A stretch of 64,000 nt of DNA, taken from assembly GCA_963830915.1 (NCBI GenBank), contig CAWHOE010000049.1, forward strand, positions 23,334 through 87,333, given 5' to 3'. The stretch comes from a candidate division FCPU426 bacterium. GTDB taxonomy: Bacteria > Oederibacteriota > Muellerivitia > Muellerivitales > Muellerivitaceae. The notes beneath the pieces are model-generated. The model saw only the letters and a list, made by a program, of their open reading frames with translations, was not told the DNA's origin and did not search any database. Every line of letters starts with the position of its first letter. Positions within the stretch are counted from its first letter, which is position 1. A program made the position numbers and the translations under genes. This document shows positions 1-12,584 of this stretch, piece after piece.

Positions 1-1991
1 TCCCGGTCAGCTTGTTCGACCCCTACGGTATCCAATCATCCGCTACCCAGTACACCCAAGTATTGGTCGAGGAGTGGGATGGCTATGTGTGGCGCCGTAT
101 CTTCGGCAATGGTCCTGTCCCGGGAAGGGATATCCCCAATGTGGCGGTCACGGACACCGTTCCTGGGGCTTATACCTGGGGAGGTTTCGTGGGAACGCCT
201 CCCACCGGCGCCGCTTATACCGCGCCTAACGTGACCTTGAACATCCCCGATATGCTGAGCGGGACGGCGGTGACGCTGACCTATTGGGTCTCAGCCAATA
301 CCCAATCCTCCTATCCATGGCCAGTCACCAATACAGCGTCCATTTCATCGCCCGTCGATTCGGCGAAAACAGCCAGCGCGGTCGTGACCATCGTCAGCAC
401 GGTCGTGGTCACACCCACTGCCACCAATACGGCCACAAAGACCTTCACCGCCACACCCACGCCTTCGATGACCAATTCGGCCACGCCCAGTCCAACCTTT
501 ACGGTAACTCAGACCCCGACCTTTACAGCCACCATGACCCCCACTTTTTCGGCGACATCCACGCCGACCAATAGTCTGACTTCCACTTTTACGTCCACGC
601 CAACTTCTACCTTCACGGCCACCCTTTCACCGACGATGACCGCGACGAAAACCACGACTTCCACACCCACCATCACCTGGACACCCACGGCCACCCCCAC
701 GGGAACTTCCGTTCCGCCGGTTCAAATAACCGTCGGTCCGAATCCGCCTGTCGACAGCACCCAGTTGCCGGGAGCCGCTGGGATCACCATGATGCAATAT
801 GTCCTGACCAATCCCATCGCCTCAGCGGTGACGGTGACCAGCCTGACCTTGACCGATTCCGGAACGGGGAACGCGGCGACGGGGATCGCCTCGGTGGTTT
901 TATTGCGTAATGGGGTCCCCATCTCGACAAGTACATTCAGCGGGACCCAGGCGACTTTGGCTATGGCCGACCTTTTGGCCGCCTCCTCGTCGGTGACCTA
1001 CGAGGTAGAAGTGACCTTCACGACGGCCGCGGCTGGGACCTACCAGTTTTCTATTACGGCCAATACCAGCCTGACTGGGGTGAACAGCGGAACTGGTTCG
1101 GCGGCGGCCTTTACGGGCGCTCCCGTGACAGGAGCGACGGTCACCATCGTCTCTCCCACTTCGACCCCGACCATGACAGAGACATGGACTTTAACTTCAT
1201 CCGCCACGAACACCGCGACCAAATCAGCCACCTTGACGCCGACTTTGTCCTCTACCCCCACGCAGACCTGGACATTCACAGCGTCTTTGACCTCGACAGC
1301 CACCCCAACCTTGACCGGAACCCTGCCGCCCACCAATACATTCACCAACACGGGTACCCCAACCTCCACCTTTACCCCCACCCTGACCCCGACCCTGACC
1401 GATACCGTTACGTCGACGTCCACACCGACCGTTACCTTGACCGCGACGAATACATTCACCGCCACCCCGTCCTCCACGGCCACCCCAACCCAGACGCCCT
1501 CGCTCACGGCGACCAATACCAATACCTTCACATCCACCTCGACCCCATCGGGGACCTACACCCCAACCTTGACAGCCACATTCACTTCCACACCTTCCCC
1601 GACTTCGACCAAGACATCCACTCCGACCCCAACGGCTACCTTCACCTTTACATTGACCTTCAGCCCGACCCAGACGCCGACCTGGACGGGCACGCCGTTG
1701 CCTGAGGATTTTTATGTCTCGAAGAACATGTTCGAGCCTGATGAGGGCGAGTCTGTTTCCATCCACGTGCGCTTGAACACCTATCCGGGGGAATACTATT
1801 TGTGGGTCTACAACTCGGCGGGGGAACAGATCGTCCAATTGGACCATCAAGAATTGAACGGTCCTTTCGACACCTGGTACCCATGGAATGGCCTGAACAA
1901 GTACCAACAAAAATGCGCCAGCGGTGTTTATCTCATCTACTTGGTCGAACCTCTCAGCCAAAAGATGAAAAAAGTCCTATTGGTAAGATGA
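1..1991 (+). CDS. Thr/Pro-rich secreted/surface protein with C-terminal FlgD-Ig-like domain (5'-partial)
   Basis: The frame is open from the window edge. Long TPT/TAT linkers; C-terminus VYNSAGE...WNG.N...ASGVYLI...KVLLVR. Confidence 0.8.
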   Translation, partial: PVSLFDPYGIQSSATQYTQVLVEEWDGYVWRRIFGNGPVPGRDIPNVAVTDTVPGAYTWGGFVGTPPTGAAYTAPNVTLNIPDMLSGTAVTLTYWVSANTQSSYPWPVTNTASISSPVDSAKTASAVVTIVSTVVVTPTATNTATKTFTATPTPSMTNSATPSPTFTVTQTPTFTATMTPTFSATSTPTNSLTSTFTSTPTSTFTATLSPTMTATKTTTSTPTITWTPTATPTGTSVPPVQITVGPNPPVDSTQLPGAAGITMMQYVLTNPIASAVTVTSLTLTDSGTGNAATGIASVVLLRNGVPISTSTFSGTQATLAMADLLAASSSVTYEVEVTFTTAAAGTYQFSITANTSLTGVNSGTGSAAAFTGAPVTGATVTIVSPTSTPTMTETWTLTSSATNTATKSATLTPTLSSTPTQTWTFTASLTSTATPTLTGTLPPTNTFTNTGTPTSTFTPTLTPTLTDTVTSTSTPTVTLTATNTFTATPSSTATPTQTPSLTATNTNTFTSTSTPSGTYTPTLTATFTSTPSPTSTKTSTPTPTATFTFTLTFSPTQTPTWTGTPLPEDFYVSKNMFEPDEGESVSIHVRLNTYPGEYYLWVYNSAGEQIVQLDHQELNGPFDTWYPWNGLNKYQQKCASGVYLIYLVEPLSQKMKKVLLVR

Positions 1992-2387
1992 TCTAAGATC
2001 GATCGAATTTTCCTACCATAGTCTTCCTCTTTTTCCGGATGATCCTGAAAGACCAAGTCAGATTATGCTTTTTTAGGGACACCCAAGAGCTTTCGGTTTT
2101 GGTTCTTGCCGAGGGATAAAAGCGCTTCCAGAAAATAATTCTGAAAAAAATATTTTTCACGCCCACGTGTCCTAACAAAAATAAATATTTCATCGGTTTA
2201 AAGTGACAACGCTTGAGTGTATCGGGAAACTGAAATTTCATTGAAGCGCTTTCTTGAACCGGTTACATAAAAATTGGTAAATGTTTTCATGATGCCGTTC
2301 ATCTTTTGATTGGGAGGCTTATCACAAGAGTGCTAACTTGAACGTGGGGAAACTGAAAGTTCCTCAAGACTTGTTAAGTTCTCTTCC

Positions 2388-5300
2388 TTGAAACGATTGA
2401 AGGCAAGGGGATACTTCATTATGAACGGTAAAGAAATGGCAAAAATGAAATTTTGCTTCAACTTAACCATTGCCCTGTTTGGCATCGCTGTTTTATTTTT
2501 CGCAACCTCCGCAAGAGCGCAGATTACTTATACCTCCATCTCCCTTCAACCGCCCGCTCCTGTTTCAGGCCAGACCGTGACCCTCTCGGCAAGTTATTTG
2601 AATTGCAATGACACTCAGCCTCCCTATTTTGTGGTAGCGGTCAGTGGAGCCACGACCATCGAGGCGTTCCCGGTAGCCGGACAGGAATTCTTGGTCTACA
2701 ACCCCAACGTCGGCGGCGCGGTGACCAACGGCCTTCCCCCGACCATGGATCCCTGTAACGGTAATCCTGGCTGTCAGATGGGATGGAACTCCAACCAAAA
2801 CACCGGCCTGGGCGGATGCGTTGCCCACGCGGTGACCTGGACCCTGACCTTGCCTACCGACTTGTGGTACGGAGGGACATTCAACCTGGTCGTTGGCTCC
2901 AAATCCGATAATATCAATGGACTGGCCGACGCCAACAATTCGGTCACCTTCACATCCTTCACCATTCCCCTGCCGGCGCCCGCCATTAATATCAACAAGA
3001 CCTCCGAATACGGCACCGCCGCGCCAGGCGATTTGATCCTTTTTTCCATCGATTATTCCTTCATCAACGCCCAAGGATTCGATATTACCGACACCGTCCC
3101 GCCCGGTACGACCCTGGTGGAAGCGGGTCCACCCTCGGTGGACAACGGCGCTGTCTCGGGGGCGGGGGCCGTGACCTGGTCCTTGGGCGCGGCTACCAGC
3201 ATGCTCCAGGGAAAAGTGTGGATGCTGGTCAAGGTGGATACGGGAGGGGCGGCCCCGCCGCCGGGTACCCTCATCCAGAACACCGCGACTGGGACCAGCA
3301 CGTCGGTCGCCTTGCCCGTGACCAGCCAATCCGTTCCTGTGACGGTGGGGACCGGATTTACCCTGACCAAGAGCGCGTCCGGGGCCACCTTCACCAACGG
3401 CCAGTTGGTGACCTATATCCTGAGCTACCAGATCCCCCAGCAGCAGAGCCTGCAGTTCTTCGACTCGTACGACAACGACACCCCCAATACGACCCTCAAC
3501 GGCTCCATCACGGGTTACGACTCGACCACCCCATATGTTTACGCCAATCCGGAAGGCCCGGGCGGATTCACGGTCCTGCAGGATCCCAACACGGGGAACA
3601 ACTACATCAAGGCTTGCTCCAACGCCGCTTGTGACAGCACGGTCACGGGCAATTTTCCCACCATCCTCAGGAGCAGTCCGCCCGTGAGCCTTTGCAGCAG
3701 TTACACCGTTCAGGGCGACATGATGATACCGCCCAATATGGCGACTGGCGCGGACGCCACCATGGTCATCGCCGCCAATCTCTCCGCTCCCAACGTCGGT
3801 GACGCCTATATGGTGGCCATCTCCAAGGATTGCGGACCAGGGAACTTTTTCCTCCAGAAGAACAACTCGGCGACCGGGACCGTGACCTACCCGGTGACCC
3901 TTTGCACCGGAAGCCTAGGGATGACCATCACGGCGGGTGTCTGGTACACGGTCAAGGCCGAGGTTTCCTACACAGGCACCTCAGTGGTGATCATGGCCCA
4001 TGTCTGGGTGAAGGGAACGACCGAGCCCGCGACCTGGCCGATCAACTACACCGATCCGGCTTCCCTGCCTTGTACGCCGCGAAACGGGGGTCAATACCTC
4101 GTGGGTTGGCAGGCGGACGGGACATCGGGTATGGACTATTACAGCAACCTGCACCTGATCGCCAGCGATCCCATCCCGAACCCGAGGGTTTGGGACACCC
4201 TCCCCGCGGGGGAGACCTATGTGGGGTCCAACTTGCCCGTGCACCAAACAGGCAATGTGCTTGAATGGGACCTGGGGGGGACCCATCCGGTCTCGGTGTT
4301 CAGCCTCAATAGCGCGGTCACCTGGTGGGGAACGGTCTCCTGCTTGAACCAGAACCCAGTGAATATTTCCGCGGTCATGGACGATTATCCCTGGTCCCAG
4401 GTCATCTCCAACTCAGTGGCCATCTCGGTCATCGGCTGCCCGACCGACACGCCGACCCCGACGAACACCGCGACCAATACGGACACGAATACCCCCACCA
4501 ATACGGCGACGCCGACCTTCACCTTCACGAATACGCCTACCCGAACCCCGACCGACACCCCGACCAATTCTGCCACATCCACTCCCACCAATAGCGCGAC
4601 GAATACCGCTACCAATACTTCCACTTACACGCCCACCAACAGCTCGACCAACACCAATACCGCCACCATGACCAACAGTCCCACGAATTCAAATACGCCT
4701 ATCTACACTTATACTCCGACGAATACACCCACTCTTACCCCGACCCCCACCAATTCACCTACCAACACGGCGACCCTTTCACCGACCAATTCGATGACCA
4801 ATACGCCTACCCTATCCCCTACCAATTCCATGACCAATACGATGACCAACACCCAGACCCTGACTTTCAGCCCGACCAATACTCCCACCCTCACCTGGAC
4901 CTTGAGTCCCACCAATACCCCGACCATGACCCAGACACCCACCTTGACCTTGACGCCCACCCAGACCCTGACGCCCACTCAAACCAACACCCCGACCCAG
5001 ACCGATACACCCTCGCCTTCACCCACCCTGACCGATACCGCGACACCCTCCGCCACTTATACCCAAACGGACACCAAGACCGCGACGCCTACCGCCACCA
5101 ATACGGCGACCATGACCGCCACTTTCACGGCGACCATGACCGCGACCGTGACCGATACCTCGACGCCCACCAACACCCCCTTCGCGGTGTTATCCATCCA
5201 GAAAAAAGCCTCCTCCCCCATCGCCCAGTCGGAAGAAAGCCTGACCTATGACATCACCTTGAATGTGAGCGGGACCACGGCAACGGGAGTGACGGTATGG

Positions 5301-6449
5301 GATACCCTTCCGGCCAACCTGACTTTCCAGGAATTCCTGTCTTCGCCCCCGGGAACGGCTGTTTCCCAGACAGGTTCGCTCCTTTACTGGGCCCTGCCTC
5401 CCCTGCCGATAGGCACCTACGATCTGACCTACGACGCGGTGGTCGGACGATTCCTGAAGGCGGGAACGGTCCTGACCAACTGGGCCTGGGAAACCAACCC
5501 GGGCAGCGGGCCCTTGACGGCCAGCGCCAGCGTCACGGTCCAGGGGAACTATTCGGTCAAGATCGCCGTCTATAACGAGGCCGGGGAAGTGGTCAAGATC
5601 ATCTTGATCGCCCAATATTCCGAACCCATCAATTCCATGACCCTCACGCCCAACGTTATCACCTCGCTCCATGGGGAAGTGGATATCTATTACGAGGGGG
5701 TCCTCATTGGGACCTGGGACGGGACCAATGGGTTGGGCGATCCAGTTTCCAACGGTATTTATCACATCAAGATCGATAATGTGGGTGTGACCGGATCGGT
5801 CAACAGCGTGACCCAGGACGCGGTGGTCAGCCGGTCCCTCTCGCAGGTCGTCATCAATATCTATAACGAAGCCGGGGAGATCGTGCGGCACCTGTACGGG
5901 ACTTTGGATGATTCCACTTATAACCTGATCACGGGTATCTCTTTATCCAGTCCGGTCATCAATCCCCATTCGCCGGTGACGGGCGTGCCCTCCGAGGTGA
6001 GCATTTCCAGTAGTACAGGTTCCTTCTTGTCCACCTGGGACGGACGTAGTGATTCGGGAGAGATCGTTTCCAATGGGGATTATTTCGTGGAGATCAACGC
6101 CGCCAACGGTAAAGGCGGGCAAACCAACATCTCCCAGGAGGTCCTGGTCCAGGGTCAGACCCCGAATTGGGATAACGGTACCGTCAAGGCCCTGCCCAAT
6201 ATCCTGACCGACGCCAATCCTGGCACCGATTTCCAGGTCCAAAGCACCGACCCCTTGACCTTGACCGTGAGGGTCTACGACCTGGCGGGGGAGATGGTCG
6301 CCCGAGTGGTGGGAGCCCCGGGGAGCGACAGCGCCTACTGGAACGCGACGGGCATGGCCAGCGGGATCTATATCGCGGTAGTGGACCTGAACCAGACGGA
6401 CGGCCGATGGGCCGGACGCAAGACCATGAAACTCCTGTTCGAACATTGA
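2388..6449 (+). CDS. Large secreted protein: DUF11-like Ig domains, Thr/Pro linker, several FlgD-like C-terminal domains
   Basis: Signal peptide ending ARA-Q; DUF11-like motifs (INKTS...[21 protein letters not shown]); repeated VYNEAGE...WDG...SNG.Y. The real start may be a downstream ATG. Confidence 0.8.
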   Translation: MKRLKARGYFIMNGKEMAKMKFCFNLTIALFGIAVLFFATSARAQITYTSISLQPPAPVSGQTVTLSASYLNCNDTQPPYFVVAVSGATTIEAFPVAGQEFLVYNPNVGGAVTNGLPPTMDPCNGNPGCQMGWNSNQNTGLGGCVAHAVTWTLTLPTDLWYGGTFNLVVGSKSDNINGLADANNSVTFTSFTIPLPAPAININKTSEYGTAAPGDLILFSIDYSFINAQGFDITDTVPPGTTLVEAGPPSVDNGAVSGAGAVTWSLGAATSMLQGKVWMLVKVDTGGAAPPPGTLIQNTATGTSTSVALPVTSQSVPVTVGTGFTLTKSASGATFTNGQLVTYILSYQIPQQQSLQFFDSYDNDTPNTTLNGSITGYDSTTPYVYANPEGPGGFTVLQDPNTGNNYIKACSNAACDSTVTGNFPTILRSSPPVSLCSSYTVQGDMMIPPNMATGADATMVIAANLSAPNVGDAYMVAISKDCGPGNFFLQKNNSATGTVTYPVTLCTGSLGMTITAGVWYTVKAEVSYTGTSVVIMAHVWVKGTTEPATWPINYTDPASLPCTPRNGGQYLVGWQADGTSGMDYYSNLHLIASDPIPNPRVWDTLPAGETYVGSNLPVHQTGNVLEWDLGGTHPVSVFSLNSAVTWWGTVSCLNQNPVNISAVMDDYPWSQVISNSVAISVIGCPTDTPTPTNTATNTDTNTPTNTATPTFTFTNTPTRTPTDTPTNSATSTPTNSATNTATNTSTYTPTNSSTNTNTATMTNSPTNSNTPIYTYTPTNTPTLTPTPTNSPTNTATLSPTNSMTNTPTLSPTNSMTNTMTNTQTLTFSPTNTPTLTWTLSPTNTPTMTQTPTLTLTPTQTLTPTQTNTPTQTDTPSPSPTLTDTATPSATYTQTDTKTATPTATNTATMTATFTATMTATVTDTSTPTNTPFAVLSIQKKASSPIAQSEESLTYDITLNVSGTTATGVTVWDTLPANLTFQEFLSSPPGTAVSQTGSLLYWALPPLPIGTYDLTYDAVVGRFLKAGTVLTNWAWETNPGSGPLTASASVTVQGNYSVKIAVYNEAGEVVKIILIAQYSEPINSMTLTPNVITSLHGEVDIYYEGVLIGTWDGTNGLGDPVSNGIYHIKIDNVGVTGSVNSVTQDAVVSRSLSQVVINIYNEAGEIVRHLYGTLDDSTYNLITGISLSSPVINPHSPVTGVPSEVSISSSTGSFLSTWDGRSDSGEIVSNGDYFVEINAANGKGGQTNISQEVLVQGQTPNWDNGTVKALPNILTDANPGTDFQVQSTDPLTLTVRVYDLAGEMVARVVGAPGSDSAYWNATGMASGIYIAVVDLNQTDGRWAGRKTMKLLFEH

Positions 6450-6471
6450 GCCAACGGGTAGTCCAGACAAT

Positions 6472-6514
6472 AAAAAACCCCTGGAACCTTCCGGCTCCAG
6501 GGGTTTTGTTTTTT
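6472..6514. terminator. Bidirectional intrinsic terminator
   Basis: AAAAAACCCCTGGAACC-TTCC-GGCTCCAGGGGTTTTGTTTTTT between convergent genes. Confidence 0.85.
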
Positions 6515-6527
6515 AACGACCGGCTTA

Positions 6528-7595
6528 TCAGGCGATCGTGACTTCCTTGGCCAGATAGACATCCTGGATGGTCTGGAGGAGCTTGGCGCCCTCCGCCATT
6601 GGCCTCTGGAACGCCTTGCGGCCGGAGATGAGCCCCATGCCGCCCGCCCTCTTGTTGATGACCGCGGTCTTCACGGCTTCCGCGAAGTCGTTGTCTCCCG
6701 AGGCGCCGCCTGAGTTGATCAAGCCCGCGCGGCCCATGTAACAGTTGGCCACCTGCCACCGAGTGTACTCGATGGGATGGTCGGGGATGAGCTGCTCGTA
6801 CATGCGCTTGTCGAACTTCCCGTAATTGGACTCCTGATTCAAGAACAAGAAGCCGCCGTTGTTCTCCGGTAGTTTCTGCTTGATGATATCGGCCTCAATG
6901 GTGACGCCCAGATGGTTGGCCTGGCCGGTCAAGTCGGCGGACAGGTGGAAATCCTTGTCCTTGGTCTTGAAGGCCTTGTTGCGGATGTAGCACCAGAGAA
7001 CGGTGAACATTCCCAATTCATGGGCTTCCCGGAAAGCCTTGGTGGTTTCCTCAATTTCCCTTTGGGCGGTGTCGCTGCCGAAGTAAACGGTGGCCCCGAT
7101 CCCGGCGGCTCCCATTTCATAGGCTTGCTTGGCCGTGCCGAAGTAGAACTCGGTCGCCTTGTTGGGATAGGTCAGCAGCTCGTTGTGGTTCAACTTCACG
7201 ATGAAGGGGATCTTGTGGGCGTATTTGCGGGAGGTCATTCCCAACACTCCCAGGGTGGAAGCCACCGCGTTACAGCCGCCCTCGATGGCCAGCTTGACGA
7301 TGTTTTCCGCGTCGAAATAGATGGGGTTCTTAGCGAAGGAGGCGCCGGCGGAATGCTCGATGCCCTGGTCGACGGGCAGGATCGAGACATAGCCCGACCC
7401 GGCCAGACGGCCGGTCGAATAGAGCCATTGCAGGTTGTTCAGGACCCGTTGGTTGCGGTCAGTGGGGGCGAAGATACGGTCGACAAAATCAGGACCGGGA
7501 ATGTGGAGCATGTCCTTATTGATGCCTTTGCATTGATAGCCCAATAGGCTCTTGGCGTCGTTCCCTAAGTACTTCTCGATCTCAGATAAATTCAT
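6528..7595 (-). CDS. fbaB: Class I fructose-bisphosphate aldolase (FbaB/DhnA type)
   Basis: [25 protein letters not shown] and [12 protein letters not shown] motifs; start taken at [11 protein letters not shown]. Confidence 0.95.
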   Translation of the reverse strand: MNLSEIEKYLGNDAKSLLGYQCKGINKDMLHIPGPDFVDRIFAPTDRNQRVLNNLQWLYSTGRLAGSGYVSILPVDQGIEHSAGASFAKNPIYFDAENIVKLAIEGGCNAVASTLGVLGMTSRKYAHKIPFIVKLNHNELLTYPNKATEFYFGTAKQAYEMGAAGIGATVYFGSDTAQREIEETTKAFREAHELGMFTVLWCYIRNKAFKTKDKDFHLSADLTGQANHLGVTIEADIIKQKLPENNGGFLFLNQESNYGKFDKRMYEQLIPDHPIEYTRWQVANCYMGRAGLINSGGASGDNDFAEAVKTAVINKRAGGMGLISGRKAFQRPMAEGAKLLQTIQDVYLAKEVTIA

Positions 7596-7883
7596 GTTGC
7601 CATCCTTCTTCATCGTTATTTCAACAAACCCATCCCCGTCCGGGCCTGTCATGAGCCTTTACTAATACAAAATAAAGAAGGATTAAGCAAGTAAACTTTG
7701 GGCGAATCCTGAGTGACAAATTAATAGGGTGGCAAGAAATGGATTGGATGAGAGGCGGGGAGAGAACGAGCGGATAAAACCTTTGTTTTATCGAAATACT
7801 TCGATTCGCCAAGATTTATCAAGCTTTGGGAAACAACAAGGATATGTCATAAAGAAACAACGAAATAGACTGAATATATTCTT

Positions 7884-7965
7884 GCCACCGATGAATTTGA
7901 TCAAAATTGGAATAAAAAATATTAGATTTTAGACTTATCGGTGTTTATCTGTGTTAATCGGTGGC
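7884..7965. repeat. Family B inverted-repeat element (CACAGATRAA 10-bp units)
   Basis: Partial left arm GCCACCGATGAA; right arm ATCGGTGTTTATCTGTGTTAATCGGTGGC. Confidence 0.75.
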
Positions 7966-8025
7966 TAAATTTTTGTTTTGGTGGGGTGTGGTCCAACAAG
8001 CTTTGTTTTATCATGGGTCCCGCTC

Positions 8026-8970
8026 ATGAAAAGAACAACTCAACACTACAAAGTCGCCTGTTTGGGCAATGTCCTGGTGGACATGTTGGTCAAACCGGTG
8101 GAAACTTTTCCGCCGGTGGGCGGATTGCTCCCGGTGGACAAGGTCGACATGGCCATGGGCGGATGCGCCTCCAACACGGCCCTGGCCTTGGCCCGGTTGG
8201 GCGTGGGAGCGTCCCTCTGGGGAAAACTGGGGAAGGATACTTTCGGCGAATTCGCCATCAAACAGCTGAAGGCCTCCGGTGTGAACACCACGGAGATCCT
8301 GGTCGATAGAACAGTCTCCACTTCCGCCACTATCGTGCTCATCAACGGGAAGGGCCAAAGGTCCTTTCTGCACGCCCTGGCCGCCAGCGACCATATCAGC
8401 AAGAACGATATCCCCCTTTCCCGCTTGTCCCGATACGACCACCTGCATATAGGAGGTTATTTCCTTTTCCCCACCCTGGACGGCCCTCCCATGGCCCGTA
8501 TCCTTAAAGAAGCCAAGGACAAAGGATTGACGACCTCGATGGACACGGCCTGGGACCTGAAGAACAGATGGATGAAGGTCCTCAAACCCTGCCTTCCTTA
8601 TCTGGACTACTTCATGCCCAGCGAAAGGGAAGTGAAGATGCTCTTGGGCACCATCCATCCCGCTCGGAAAGCGGCCAAAGCCTTCCTGGGATTAGGGGCC
8701 AAGTGCGTTGTGATCAAACAGGGTGAGAAAGGTTCCTATCTATTGGATCGGGAAGGTGTGGAACTGAAGGTCCCCGCTTACCACGCTAAAGTGGTCGACA
8801 CCACTGGCGCGGGGGATTGTTTTTGCGCCGGTTTCATCAAGGGCTTGTCGCTGGGCTGGGATAAAAGGAAATGCCTGGAACTGGGGAACTCGGCCGGGGC
8901 TTGCGCCGTCTCGGCGCTTGGCGCAACGACCGGTATCCGCTCCTTCGCGCAGGTATCGGGAAGGCTCTGA
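8026..8970 (+). CDS. PfkB-family carbohydrate kinase
   Basis: GGCASNTA.ALARLG and VVDTTGAGDCFCAGF signatures. Confidence 0.9.
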   Translation: MKRTTQHYKVACLGNVLVDMLVKPVETFPPVGGLLPVDKVDMAMGGCASNTALALARLGVGASLWGKLGKDTFGEFAIKQLKASGVNTTEILVDRTVSTSATIVLINGKGQRSFLHALAASDHISKNDIPLSRLSRYDHLHIGGYFLFPTLDGPPMARILKEAKDKGLTTSMDTAWDLKNRWMKVLKPCLPYLDYFMPSEREVKMLLGTIHPARKAAKAFLGLGAKCVVIKQGEKGSYLLDREGVELKVPAYHAKVVDTTGAGDCFCAGFIKGLSLGWDKRKCLELGNSAGACAVSALGATTGIRSFAQVSGRL

Positions 8971-9059
8971 ACCATATTTGTGATTTTGCTCATACCTGAA
9001 CAACCCCGCCAATCTATAATACGCCTCGTTTACTAAGTACCCAGCCCCCGGAGGTCATC

Positions 9060-10725
9060 ATGAGTTCGAACATTTCTCCCGTACAAAAAGCCAGGCTGTC
9101 CTACAAGCCCAAGTATCCCAAGGTCCTGGCCGGTCCGTCCGGCAAGGTGGCCTTGAAGAACGGAAAGCCGACCCAGTCCATCAAGGACCAGGATGCCATC
9201 CAGAAACTTTTCCCCCAAACCTACGGACAACCGGAAGTGTTCTTCGTTCCCGGCAAGGCTTCACCCAAAATGAAGAAGGCCATCAAGGTGGCGCTGGTCC
9301 TTTCCGGCGGGCAGGCTCCCGGCGGGCACAATGTGGTGGCGGGCCTTTATGACGGGCTGAAGAAACTGAACAAAAAGAACACCCTGACCGGGTATCTGGG
9401 CGGTCCTTCCGGACTGGTCGAGGACAAGAAGCTGGAGATCACCGACAAGCTCCTGGCCCATTACCGCAATACGGGCGGGTTCGACATCATCGGCTCGGGC
9501 CGGACCAAGCTGGAGACCCAGGAGCAATTCGAGGCCGTCGAGAAGAACCTCAAAGGGGCAGGCATCACCGCCCTGGTCATCATCGGCGGGGACGATTCCA
9601 ACACCAACGCGGCCATCCTGGCCGAGTACTTCAAGGCCAACGACATACCCATCAGCGTCATCGGCTGTCCCAAGACCATCGACGGCGACCTGAAGAACGA
9701 GCAGGTGGAGATCAGCTTCGGCTTCGACACTTCCACCAAGGTTTACGCGGAATTGGCCGGCAACGTCGGCAGGGACTGCCTGTCGGCGAAGAAATACTGG
9801 CACTTCATCAAGGTCATGGGGCGTTCCGCCAGCCATATCGCCCTGGAAGTGGCCCTGAAGACCCATCCCAACATCTGCCTGATCTCGGAAGAGGTCGCGG
9901 ACAACCAATGGACCCTGGGGCAGATCACCGAGCAGATTGCCCAGGTCGTGGCGGACCGGGCCAAGGCCAAGAAGAACTACGGGGTGGCCATCGTGCCGGA
10001 AGGCTTGCTGGAGTTCATCCCCGAGATGAAACACCTCATCGGCGAGTTGAACGACCAGTTGGCCCACAACGCCGAGTTCGAGAAGATCGAGATCCCGGCG
10101 GAGAAAGTGGCTTTCGCGAGAACACACTTAAGCAAGGAATCAAAACAGGCGTTCGAGTCCCTCCCGCCCTCCATCCAGGTCCAGCTGTTGGCCGACCGGG
10201 ACCCTCACGGCAACGTTCAGGTCTCCAAGATCGACACGGAGAAACTTCTCATCGAGGCGGTGGAGATCCAGCTCAAACAATGGAAGAAGGAAGGGAAGTA
10301 CGACGGAAAATTCGCCAGCCAGGGGCATTTCTTCGGCTATGAGGGCCGCTGCGCCGCCCCGTCGAATTTCGACGCCGACTACTGCTACGCGCTGGGGTTC
10401 AACGCTTCCTATCTGGTGGCCGCCGGCCTGACAGGTTACCTTTCCAGCGTCCGGGACCTGTTGAAACCCGCCGCCCAATGGAGAGCGGGGGGCGTTCCCT
10501 TGACCATGATGATGAACCTGGAAAGAAGAACATGGGAAGGACAAACCGGTCATCCAGAAAGCCCTGGTCCACTTGAAGGGCAAACCCTACAAGAAGTTCT
10601 GCGACCTGCGCAAGAAGTGGTCGAAAGAGGACGATTACACCAGCCCCGGACCCATCCAGTTCTGGGGCCCCACCGAGGTCGCGGATATCGTTCCTGAGAC
10701 CTTGAAGCTGGAGCGGGAAAAATAA
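9060..10725 (+). CDS. pfp: Pyrophosphate-dependent phosphofructokinase (one apparent +1 frameshift near 10530)
   Basis: SGGQAPGGHN, GGDDSNT, PKTIDGD and MGRSASH motifs. Removing one A restores ERRHGKDKPVIQKALV...PGPIQF...LEREK*. Confidence 0.9.
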
Positions 10726-10752
10726 AATATGTTGGTTGAGGTGATTTGAAAC

Positions 10753-10785
10753 GAAGGGCGGAAGAAATTCCGCCCTTTTTTATTT
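10753..10785. terminator. Intrinsic terminator
   Basis: AAGGGCGGAA-GAAA-TTCCGCCCTTTTTT. Confidence 0.85.
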
Positions 10786-10810
10786 CGCCTGGTATACCTA
10801 GTCCCGAGGG

Positions 10811-12298
10811 TCAGCGGATCACTACGACCTTGGCCACATGGGTCCCTAAGGGTTCCACCATCCGGATGAGATAGACCCCGCTGGCCACCACCGAATGGGC
10901 GTCATTCTGCCCGTCCCAACTGAACGAGTCCAGTCCCGCTGGCTGTTCAGGGCCTGGCCTCAAAGTCCTCACCTTTTCCCCCGCGGTGTTGTAGACCATC
11001 ACCGAATAATTTCCTGGAACGCAGAGATCGCTTCGGATGAGCAATGGGGTTGGGTCGCTCTTCGGCGAGAAGATATTGCGCGCCACGAAAAGCGTGCTTT
11101 GGCAGGGCGAGGGGAAGGTGACGGGCGTCGGGCTGGGGTTGACGAGAAGGAACCTGAAGGCCAGATCGTCGTCCGGATAGGAAGCTGTACTGCCGCAAAG
11201 GCCGCAAACGATGGGGATGGAGTTGGTCTCGAAAGCGGTGATACCCTCAAAAGAAAGGTTCCCGAGAGGGGCGGGATCGACCGAGGTGACCGGGTTGCCG
11301 GGCGATTCGATCAATAACTGGTAGCCGTTCATCGGTCCGCTCGAGGCGGAAAAATTGAGATTGTACCCGGTGCCAGGGACCAACGTGATGGGGGAGATCG
11401 GCGAGTCGACCCAGGTCAGGGTGGCCGGCAGGGCGCCTGGAACCGCCAGTGTTCCCTTGGCCAGGCTGGTGAAAGGAGGCAAGCCCGTAGCCCCCAAGGT
11501 CCAATCCAGGTCGGCGGTCGTATTGCAACCAAAACAATCGGTCACAGCCGCGGCGTAGGCCCCGACGGAGGCGATGACCATGGTGGCGGGGACGGTAAAG
11601 GCCTCATTAAGAAAAAGATCCCATCCTGTCCCCCAGTAAGGCCCGGTCCTCGCGGTGGAGTAGGGGTTCCCGGTCCAGTTGCCCGAGTCGTTCACCAAAA
11701 AAATGGGTTCTTCGGATAGGGAACTCCAGGTCCCGGTCGTATTCTCATCCGCCGCCAATTGGGAGTCGGGTGCGCCTGATTGGGGATAAAAAAGATAATC
11801 CGGTTGGCTGGACACCCGGATCGTGATGAAGTTCGTGGAGCTGGGGGGCGGAAAAACACCACTCCATTGCGCGACCAGGTGATAAATGTTCCCGGCGGTG
11901 ACATTGGCCGGCGAAGTCAGGGGGATGTCGTTCCATCCGACTACCGGGGTTACGATGGGGCCGGAGCCCAGGATGGTACCGCTGGGCACTCCTCCCGAAT
12001 CGGTCTGTAGACTGACCATGTAATTGAGGCCGAGGGGGGGAGTAGTATCGCTGATCGCCGTAATGTACACCTGGGCCTCGGTGATCTGGCCCGTCGATTG
12101 GGCAGTGAAGCGGTAACCGGCCTGGCTGGTGGTGCTTGTGAGAGGGAAATCGGTGAAGCCTGCTGAAGGAAAGATAGTGCCGGTAGGATTAACGGCGTTG
12201 ATGACAGCCAGGTTCCCAAAATAGGTCTGGGCTAGGCCGATAGAAAAGGTGGCCAGATAAAGGGCCGCCATCAATAGGAACGTTCGATTGAGCCGCAA
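10811..12298 (-). CDS. Secreted protein with C-terminal FlgD-Ig-like domain
   Basis: Signal peptide; C-terminus VYNTAGEKVR.L...WDGQN...ASGVYLI...KVVVIR. Confidence 0.8.
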   Translation of the reverse strand: MRLNRTFLLMAALYLATFSIGLAQTYFGNLAVINAVNPTGTIFPSAGFTDFPLTSTTSQAGYRFTAQSTGQITEAQVYITAISDTTPPLGLNYMVSLQTDSGGVPSGTILGSGPIVTPVVGWNDIPLTSPANVTAGNIYHLVAQWSGVFPPPSSTNFITIRVSSQPDYLFYPQSGAPDSQLAADENTTGTWSSLSEEPIFLVNDSGNWTGNPYSTARTGPYWGTGWDLFLNEAFTVPATMVIASVGAYAAAVTDCFGCNTTADLDWTLGATGLPPFTSLAKGTLAVPGALPATLTWVDSPISPITLVPGTGYNLNFSASSGPMNGYQLLIESPGNPVTSVDPAPLGNLSFEGITAFETNSIPIVCGLCGSTASYPDDDLAFRFLLVNPSPTPVTFPSPCQSTLFVARNIFSPKSDPTPLLIRSDLCVPGNYSVMVYNTAGEKVRTLRPGPEQPAGLDSFSWDGQNDAHSVVASGVYLIRMVEPLGTHVAKVVVIR

Positions 12299-12584
12299 GG
12301 GTTCACCCCTGTGTAGTTATCCCTAAAGATACCACGGTTCCATGACCGGCGACCGCCGGGAGGTCCTGGTTTCGAGCGGCGGGACAGCTTTTCCAGGGCT
12401 TTTTCGTATTGCCTTTAAAAGCCCCTTTCGCCTATACTTCACCTCCCCTGGGAAGCGATTCCCGGGGGTTTTTCGTTCCCGCCTTGGGCCTTCCGGCCCC
12501 TCGCAGGAACCCTGTTCCGCTCCAGGTTTTTGGTGGGAGGGGGACTATCCCGGCCTCGGCCGGGAATCCAAAGGGAGGTAGTGC

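Noticed and set aside
400..5180. ACN/CCN-rich tracts as DNA repeat elements
   Set aside because: They are explained by Thr/Pro-rich coding linkers with free third-codon positions.
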